Below are positions 58,052 to 64,000 of a stretch of DNA of 64,000 nucleotides, in pieces. The stretch lies in the sequence record OR805292.1. One strand, written 5' to 3'. The position numbers and the translations under genes were made by a program. The notes below the pieces were generated by a model. That model saw only the letters and a program-made list of their open reading frames with translations. It ran no database searches and was not told the DNA's origin. Every line of letters starts with the position of its first letter. Positions within the stretch are counted from its first letter, which is position 1.

Positions 58052-59158
58052 ATGACAGTGAAGTTCGAACATATCCTAAACGAACAAACTTCTTTAAGTG
58101 CAGAAGTAAAATCTGCTATTACAGAAGCATGGGAAGCTCGTATAGGACAAGTAAAAGAAGAACTCACTGCTGAGCTTCGTGAAGAATTTGCTCGTAAGTT
58201 TGCACACGACAAAGAACAACTTGTCGAAGCAATGGACAAATTCTTAGAAGAAAAAATCCGCAGTGAAATCGAAGAATTTGCTCAAGACAAACGAGAACTA
58301 GCTGCCGAACGAGTTCAAGCTAAAATGCAAGTAAAAGAACATATCGAAATGCTCGATAAGTTCTTAATAGATGCAGTTTCTAAAGAAGTCAAAGAGCTTC
58401 GGGAAGATCGCCGTGCAATTAAAGGCAATCTAGAGAAATTAGAAGAGTTTGCACTCACTAATCTTGCAACTGAAGTCAAAGAGCTTCGGGAAGAAAAGCA
58501 AGCATTAGTTCGTCAGAAAGTTAAATTAATAAGTGAAGCAAAAAAACAACTAGCAGAAACTAAAAAGCAGTTCATAAAGAAAGCGTCGCAAATAGTAGAC
58601 ACAAACATTAATAGCGTATTGCAAGAAGAAATAAAGCAATATAAAGAAGATATTGATGCTGCTCGTCGAAATGACTTTGGACGTCGTTTATTTGAAGCTT
58701 TTGCTGCAGAGTACATGACTTCGCATCTAAACGAAGGTAGTGAACTTAAGAAACTCAAAAATATTCTTATACAAAAAGAAGAAGCCCTTAATGAAGCTTT
58801 ATCTCATGTAGAAGAACGTGAAGCACTTGCAGAAAATCTACGCACTCGCATTTCTGTATTAGAAGAGCGTGTTAAACGTAGCTCTGTAATGTCTGAATTG
58901 TTAGCTCCGCTAAATAAAGAAAAGCGTGGCGTAATGCAAGATCTTTTAGAGTCTGTAAAAACAGAACATTTAAAAGCTGCATATAACAAATATTTGCCAG
59001 CAGTGCTAGATTGTAGCGCAGCCCCGGCAAGTAAAAAAGAAGCTCTAACTGAGTCAGCAAGAGCTGTAAAAACTGGTAACAGGGCGTCTAGCGTTGCCCA
59101 GCAAGATGACTCATCTGTAGGCGTTGATGAATTAAGACGCCTAGCAGGCATTAAGTAA
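58052..59158 (+). CDS. gp22: prohead scaffold protein
   Basis: Coiled-coil and E/K-rich; between protease and capsid genes. Confidence 0.85.
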   Translation: MTVKFEHILNEQTSLSAEVKSAITEAWEARIGQVKEELTAELREEFARKFAHDKEQLVEAMDKFLEEKIRSEIEEFAQDKRELAAERVQAKMQVKEHIEMLDKFLIDAVSKEVKELREDRRAIKGNLEKLEEFALTNLATEVKELREEKQALVRQKVKLISEAKKQLAETKKQFIKKASQIVDTNINSVLQEEIKQYKEDIDAARRNDFGRRLFEAFAAEYMTSHLNEGSELKKLKNILIQKEEALNEALSHVEEREALAENLRTRISVLEERVKRSSVMSELLAPLNKEKRGVMQDLLESVKTEHLKAAYNKYLPAVLDCSAAPASKKEALTESARAVKTGNRASSVAQQDDSSVGVDELRRLAGIK

Positions 59159-59177
59159 TTAGGAGAATAACTTAAAA

Positions 59178-60365
59178 ATGTCTAATCGTCTATTTGAAAG
59201 CAACTGGGCTGCTACTAAAAGCGCCCTCACTGAAGGTCTAAAAGGTCAACGTAAGTCGACCATGGACGCAGTAATGGAAAACACTAAGCGTTTCTTAGTT
59301 GAAAATGCTTCCGCCGGTGCTACCCAAGCCGGTAACATAGCTACTATCAACAAAGTGATGCTACCCCTAATCCGTCGTGTTATGCCTTCCGTTATTGCTA
59401 ACGAAATTATGGGTGTACAGCCTATGACTGGTCCCGTAGGTCAGATACATACCCTACGTGTTCGTTATGCTGATACTGCATCTGGTGTTCAAGCTGGTAC
59501 TGAAGCACTAAGCCCGTTCGATATTGCAAAAGCATATTCCGGTAACGAAGCTTTAAACAACAGCACTAACCCAGTTCCAGGCGCTGCCAACACTTCTCGT
59601 ATGGAAGGTTTTGCTGGTAATCGCATGAACATTCAAATTCTAAAAGAAACCGTAGAAGCACGTACTCGTCGTCTAAGCGCTCGCTGGACCTTCGAATCTG
59701 CACAGGATGCTAACGCTCTTCACGGTATAGATATAGAAGCTGAAATCATGCAAGCTTTAGCTCAAGAAATTACCGTCGAAATCGACCAAGAAATGCTAAA
59801 TCGTCTACGTATTTTAGCTGGTCCGGCTCCTGTAACTTATAACCAAGCTGCTGTATCTGGTACTGCTACTTATGTTGGTGATGAACATGCTGCATTGGCT
59901 GTAATGATCAACCAACAGGCTAACTTAGTTGCTGCTCGTACTCGTCGCGGCGCTGCTAACTGGGCTGTTATTTCGCCTAACGCACTAACTGTTCTACAGT
60001 CTGCAACTACTTCGACTTTTGCTCGTACTACCGAAGGTGTATTTGAAGCGCCTACTAACGTTAAATTTGCAGGTACCTTAAACGGAACTATGCGCATTTA
60101 TGTAGATACTTATGCTGCTGAAGATGAAAAAGTTTTAATCGGTTATAAAGGTTCGACCGAAACTGATGCTGCTGCATTCTTCTGCCCGTATATTCCGTTA
60201 ATGAGCACTGGTCCGGTAATTGATCCTACTACTTTCGAGCCTGTAGTATCATTTATGTCCAGATACGGTTACTTAGAACTCACCAATACTGCTAACTCGC
60301 TGGGTAACGGTGCTGACTATCTAAGTTCGATTGCTATAGATGCATCCACTCTTAAATTCTTCTAA
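59178..60365 (+). CDS. gp23: major capsid protein (T4 gp23-like, 395 aa)
   Basis: GVQPMTGPVG.I, VEA.TR.L.A.WT.E.AQD, EID.E and FFCPYIPL motifs. Confidence 0.97.
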   Translation: MSNRLFESNWAATKSALTEGLKGQRKSTMDAVMENTKRFLVENASAGATQAGNIATINKVMLPLIRRVMPSVIANEIMGVQPMTGPVGQIHTLRVRYADTASGVQAGTEALSPFDIAKAYSGNEALNNSTNPVPGAANTSRMEGFAGNRMNIQILKETVEARTRRLSARWTFESAQDANALHGIDIEAEIMQALAQEITVEIDQEMLNRLRILAGPAPVTYNQAAVSGTATYVGDEHAALAVMINQQANLVAARTRRGAANWAVISPNALTVLQSATTSTFARTTEGVFEAPTNVKFAGTLNGTMRIYVDTYAAEDEKVLIGYKGSTETDAAAFFCPYIPLMSTGPVIDPTTFEPVVSFMSRYGYLELTNTANSLGNGADYLSSIAIDASTLKFF

Positions 60366-60401
60366 TAATAACAAGTTATACTTGTTATTCGAAGAATACC
60401 A

Positions 60402-60433
60402 AAAAAAGTGTAGTAGAAATACTACACTTTTTT
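60402..60433 (+). terminator. terminator after capsid gene
   Basis: AAAAAAGTGTAGTA-GAAA-TACTACACTTTTTT. Confidence 0.9.
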
Positions 60434-60434
60434 A

Positions 60435-60463
60435 TTGACTAGAAAAAAATAATTTGTTAGTAT
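60435..60463 (+). promoter_or_regulatory. sigma70 promoter
   Basis: TTGACT-N17-TAGTAT with TG extension. Confidence 0.75.
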
Positions 60464-60483
60464 TATAAAAAACTATTTTATAT

Positions 60484-62061
60484 ATGTCAGACTTAATAAT
60501 ACAAATAAAAGAATTGATAAAAAGTAAACCAAAGCATTTCAGTGTTTTGATTAAAAAAGATTTAAAATTAGCAGAATTTGTAGAGCAACACTGCACTAAT
60601 CCCTATAATACTGTGTATGCTGCTAAAGTGTATACTGCTATAACCGGCGAAAAAGAAGAATGCAAATACGGAAACACAAAAAAATTTAATTCAATAAATG
60701 ACGGGTTTAGATTTTGTGGTACTGCATCCTCGTGCAAGTGTTGTAAAGAAAGTGTATCTAATAACTTAGTGCAATCAAAAAAGATAGAAAATAAAGAAAT
60801 ATCAAAGAAAAAGCGTGAAAAAACTAATCTAAAAAAATACGGAGTATCAAATACTGGGCAATCTGCTATTGCTCTACAAAATCATGCAAAATTTTACGAA
60901 AATAAACAAAATGTAGACAAAGTAACGTCTAAGATAAAGCACACTAAGTCAATAAAATACGGTAACAAAAATTTTAATGGTAATAAATGGTATTCTAAAA
61001 TATCGGAAAAACTAAAAGAAAATAATTTATCTTTTACTATACAAGAACATGAATATAAAGGTATGGCAGAAACATATTGCATAAAATGTGGAACCTGTAA
61101 TACCACTTTTATGTCTAAGGTTAGATATAGTAGTATACCGACTTGTGCAATATGTATGCCAGAATTGACAGTATGTAATTCAACACAAGAACAAGAATTA
61201 TTTAATTTTATAAGACAACATTATTCTGGAGAAATAATAACTGGATCTAGAAAAATATTAGATTCTGGAAAAAGTTTAGATATATACCTCCCTGAAAAAA
61301 ATCTTGCAATAGAATATAATGGGCTTTATTGGCATGTAATGGATAACGATCGTTTACCGCACATAACCAAAACGTATCACTATGACAAATATATAGGATG
61401 TAAAGAAAAGGGAATATCGTTAATTACTATATATGGACATTTGTATAACTCTAAAAAAACTATAATAGAAAACAGATTACTTCATAAATTAGGCTATACA
61501 CAAGAGACGGTATATGCTAGAAAATGTATTATTAAAGATGTGCCTTCTGCAGAAGAAAAAGAATTTTTGAATAAAACGCATATACAAGGTTATGTTCCGT
61601 CATCTATAAAATACGGATTGTATTTTAATGATGTATTAGTTGCATTAATGAGTTTTATAAAGTCATCTAACAGAAACATTTCGGGAAATAACAGATACGA
61701 CTACGAATTGCTTAGATATGCAACATCTTGTTCGGTACTAGGCGGCGCATCTAAATTGTTTTCTCATTTTGTAAAGAATAATATTCCTAATTCTATAGTT
61801 TCATATTCACAAAATGAATGGAATACAGGCAATGTTTACCGTATATTAGGGTTCAAACAAGAACCTAAAATAAACATAGGATATTGGTATGTAAGTCCGG
61901 ATTTTTGTAAAGTATATCATAGGACTAATTATACTAAAAAGAAATTAATAGAACATGGTTTTAATTCAAATAAATCAGAACACCAGATAATGGAAGAGCG
62001 TGGATTCAGACGACTATATGACTGTGGTAATACCAAATGGGTGTGGGAAAACAAAATATAA
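60484..62061 (+). CDS. free-standing Hef/Vsr-like putative homing endonuclease with C-terminal GNAT-like domain (525 aa)
   Basis: KTNLKKYGV..., LDIY.PE.NLAIEYNGLYWH, EL.RYA....V.GGASKL and YDCG..KW motifs. Confidence 0.8.
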   Translation: MSDLIIQIKELIKSKPKHFSVLIKKDLKLAEFVEQHCTNPYNTVYAAKVYTAITGEKEECKYGNTKKFNSINDGFRFCGTASSCKCCKESVSNNLVQSKKIENKEISKKKREKTNLKKYGVSNTGQSAIALQNHAKFYENKQNVDKVTSKIKHTKSIKYGNKNFNGNKWYSKISEKLKENNLSFTIQEHEYKGMAETYCIKCGTCNTTFMSKVRYSSIPTCAICMPELTVCNSTQEQELFNFIRQHYSGEIITGSRKILDSGKSLDIYLPEKNLAIEYNGLYWHVMDNDRLPHITKTYHYDKYIGCKEKGISLITIYGHLYNSKKTIIENRLLHKLGYTQETVYARKCIIKDVPSAEEKEFLNKTHIQGYVPSSIKYGLYFNDVLVALMSFIKSSNRNISGNNRYDYELLRYATSCSVLGGASKLFSHFVKNNIPNSIVSYSQNEWNTGNVYRILGFKQEPKINIGYWYVSPDFCKVYHRTNYTKKKLIEHGFNSNKSEHQIMEERGFRRLYDCGNTKWVWENKI

Positions 62062-62112
62062 GTTTTTAAAATACAGAGTTGTGTTATACTTTAAAAATAA
62101 AAGGGGTTTTTA

Positions 62113-62577
62113 GTGTCAGACATAGTTGATATACGTTTTGAGTTTGTAGGATACGATTCAGACATAAAATACATAAATAATTGCGAAAATAGTGGATGTT
62201 ATGATGAAGGTATATGTCGTTGTGGACATTTTGAAGATACAGATATAAATGGTATACCAGATGATCCCGAATATATTTTTCCAACTAAAATGTCTGTATG
62301 GAGACGAGTAGGATATAATGGAAAATATGATGATTACAAACATAGTTACTATGAAATCACTGAATCCGATAGAAAGTATTTTGCAAAAATAATGCATTTT
62401 ATCGGTTATACACTAGATTCTTTTTATTTTGATATCGAATCGGGGTACTATGGCGAAGAAGGCGGAGATCTAGTACACAATAAACAGGGCTTGTTAAAAT
62501 CTGCCATGATTGACATTTTAAACAGACCCGACGAAGAAGACAGATTGGTGTATTTATTATCTAAAACTTGGGAATAA
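62113..62577 (+). CDS. Cys-motif hypothetical protein (154 aa), paralog of the next gene
   Basis: C..SGC...GICRC and GYYGEE motifs; GTG start. Confidence 0.75.
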   Translation: MSDIVDIRFEFVGYDSDIKYINNCENSGCYDEGICRCGHFEDTDINGIPDDPEYIFPTKMSVWRRVGYNGKYDDYKHSYYEITESDRKYFAKIMHFIGYTLDSFYFDIESGYYGEEGGDLVHNKQGLLKSAMIDILNRPDEEDRLVYLLSKTWE

Positions 62578-62578
62578 T

Positions 62579-63277
62579 ATGGATACATTCATTACATTTT
62601 ATGGCAGATACTATGCAACTTTAGATTACGAACTGCAACACAATTGTAATAACGATTGTATAGAAAGCGGCATATGCAGATGTTCTGTAATAACATCCCC
62701 TGTAGTGGTATCTATCAATAACTATAAAGTGTATGATATGGTTGAGGTGTTAGTAAATAAACCCGATTTAAACGGAACACCTAGATGTGTTAGATATATG
62801 TATAGTCAAATAGAGCAATATTGTGTAGAAAGAATCATAACAAAACATAAAATTTTAGACGGTTCACTGTATTATGTAACTGTAGAACGTGGTTATTACG
62901 GTGATGAAATCGGTGACATAATCCATGAAAATGAACAAAATGCAATGGATGATATATTAACAATGATTTCATTAAAAACCGATATAGAAAAACTACATTA
63001 TGTTTTAATGTTAGAATACGGGTATATTGCTCCTATAATTTCTGAGTGTAAAAACTTGGCTATTAAAAAAGTATGTATAAACGATATAGTTCCTACTATT
63101 GCATATAAAAGTATGGAACCTCAGCATACCTATCATTTAGATGTATATGATGATATGATAATGGGTGTGCTAAAGGGAAATAAATTGATTGATGGTAATC
63201 ATAGATATTCATTTTATATGAATAAAATGAGAGATAAAAACAAAGATAATTTTGTATATTATATAGAATTATCTTAA
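62579..63277 (+). CDS. Cys-motif protein with C-terminal ParB-like motif (232 aa)
   Basis: GICRC and GYYGDE motifs; LIDGNHR. Confidence 0.75.
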   Translation: MDTFITFYGRYYATLDYELQHNCNNDCIESGICRCSVITSPVVVSINNYKVYDMVEVLVNKPDLNGTPRCVRYMYSQIEQYCVERIITKHKILDGSLYYVTVERGYYGDEIGDIIHENEQNAMDDILTMISLKTDIEKLHYVLMLEYGYIAPIISECKNLAIKKVCINDIVPTIAYKSMEPQHTYHLDVYDDMIMGVLKGNKLIDGNHRYSFYMNKMRDKNKDNFVYYIELS

Positions 63278-63287
63278 AGGTGTATAT

Positions 63288-63593
63288 ATGAAAACAATAG
63301 GCGTGGATTATGATGACACTATATCACAAGATGATAACGGATGGTTATCTGTATTACTTGCACTTGAGCATATTGGATACAGGGTTGTTATTGTTACTTA
63401 CCGTAATCCTACCTGCTATCCAGAAGATCTTCAATTTTTAATAGATAAAGGATATAAGGTATACTTTACAAGTCAACATGCTAAAAGAACGTATATGGAA
63501 AATCTTGGCATAGATATAGATATTTGGATAGACGATAGTCCCGAATCTATATTATATAATTATGATTCATATTTAGGTAAGTATATAAAATAA
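63288..63593 (+). CDS. minimal HAD-superfamily phosphatase (101 aa)
   Basis: Motif I VDYDDT, motif II IVTYR, motif IV IDD.PE. Confidence 0.8.
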   Translation: MKTIGVDYDDTISQDDNGWLSVLLALEHIGYRVVIVTYRNPTCYPEDLQFLIDKGYKVYFTSQHAKRTYMENLGIDIDIWIDDSPESILYNYDSYLGKYIK

Positions 63594-63618
63594 AAAAGGA
63601 GCATTATGCTCCTTTTTT
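63592..63618 (+). terminator. terminator
   Basis: AAAAAAGGAGCA-TTA-TGCTCCTTTTTT. Confidence 0.9.
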
Positions 63619-63653
63619 ATTGATAAATATATGCATCTTAAGGAATAAGGTGT

Positions 63654-64000
63654 ATGTCGAGTAAAATTAAATTCACGGATCAATATATCCTATCTAGTGT
63701 TGGGCAAACTTCTAATAATATAGTATATTTGCAAGTAAATGATGATCAGCAATTAGTTGTTACTCATCCTATGTATGCAACTGAATGGTCTACATTAGGT
63801 GGGCTTAGAGTAACAGGTGATCAGTCTAAATTTGATGGATCATTAGAAGTTGGATATGAATTGCTAGTAGGACAAACATCTACCTTTAACAATGACATGG
63901 TAGTAAACGGTTTAGTTACAGTAAACAGAGATTCTCTAGATGCGATGCTCATTCACGGGAATGTTACATTACATGGCAACTTAACTGTAGTAGGTAGCAG
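63654..64000 (+). CDS. 3'-truncated late structural protein (beta-repeat, fibre-like)
   Basis: Late motif at 63622, AAGG SD, open to the window end (MSSKIKFTDQY...GNVTLHGNLTVVGS). Confidence 0.7.
   Translation, partial: MSSKIKFTDQYILSSVGQTSNNIVYLQVNDDQQLVVTHPMYATEWSTLGGLRVTGDQSKFDGSLEVGYELLVGQTSTFNNDMVVNGLVTVNRDSLDAMLIHGNVTLHGNLTVVGS

Noticed and set aside
17774-60365. Stop-codon reassignment (alternative genetic code)
   Set aside because: Core genes up to 3857 aa are intact under code 11, and all three stop codons terminate genes.

Overview
This 64-kb window is part of a large lytic, T4-superfamily-related (jumbo myovirus-like) phage genome read with the standard genetic code. All product calls come from motif recognition and synteny; no database searches were run. 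Layout: (1) 1-12.1 kb is an early or host-takeover-like region of short + strand genes built as cassettes (sigma70-like promoter, gene, a shared GGGGC..GCCCC terminator family). The cassettes are separated by many copies of a Fur-box-like palindrome. This region also holds a ~155-nt sRNA candidate and a GC-rich DUF1566 block suggesting a GC-rich proteobacterial host such as Pseudomonas (inference). (2) 12.3-16.8 kb has two short-repeat arrays and tightly overlapping AT-rich micro-ORFs. (3) 17.8-44 kb is a minus-strand tail-fibre and baseplate module, including a 3857-aa virion protein and gp6-, gp25- and gp5-like genes. (4) 44.1-49 kb holds a gp55-like late sigma factor, gp47, gp46, a ParB-like protein and a Holliday junction resolvase. 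(5) 49-50.5 kb is a 1.5-kb ORF-free gap with a perfect sigma70 promoter and a ~900-nt highly base-paired ncRNA candidate. (6) 51-60.4 kb holds a gp26-like gene with a -1 frameshift extension, then tape measure, portal, protease, scaffold and major capsid genes. (7) 60.5-64 kb holds a free-standing homing-endonuclease-like gene and accessory genes. The strongest leads are the large ncRNA, the Fur-box-like array, the programmed frameshift, the anti-SD sRNA and the repeat arrays (possible terminus or origin).
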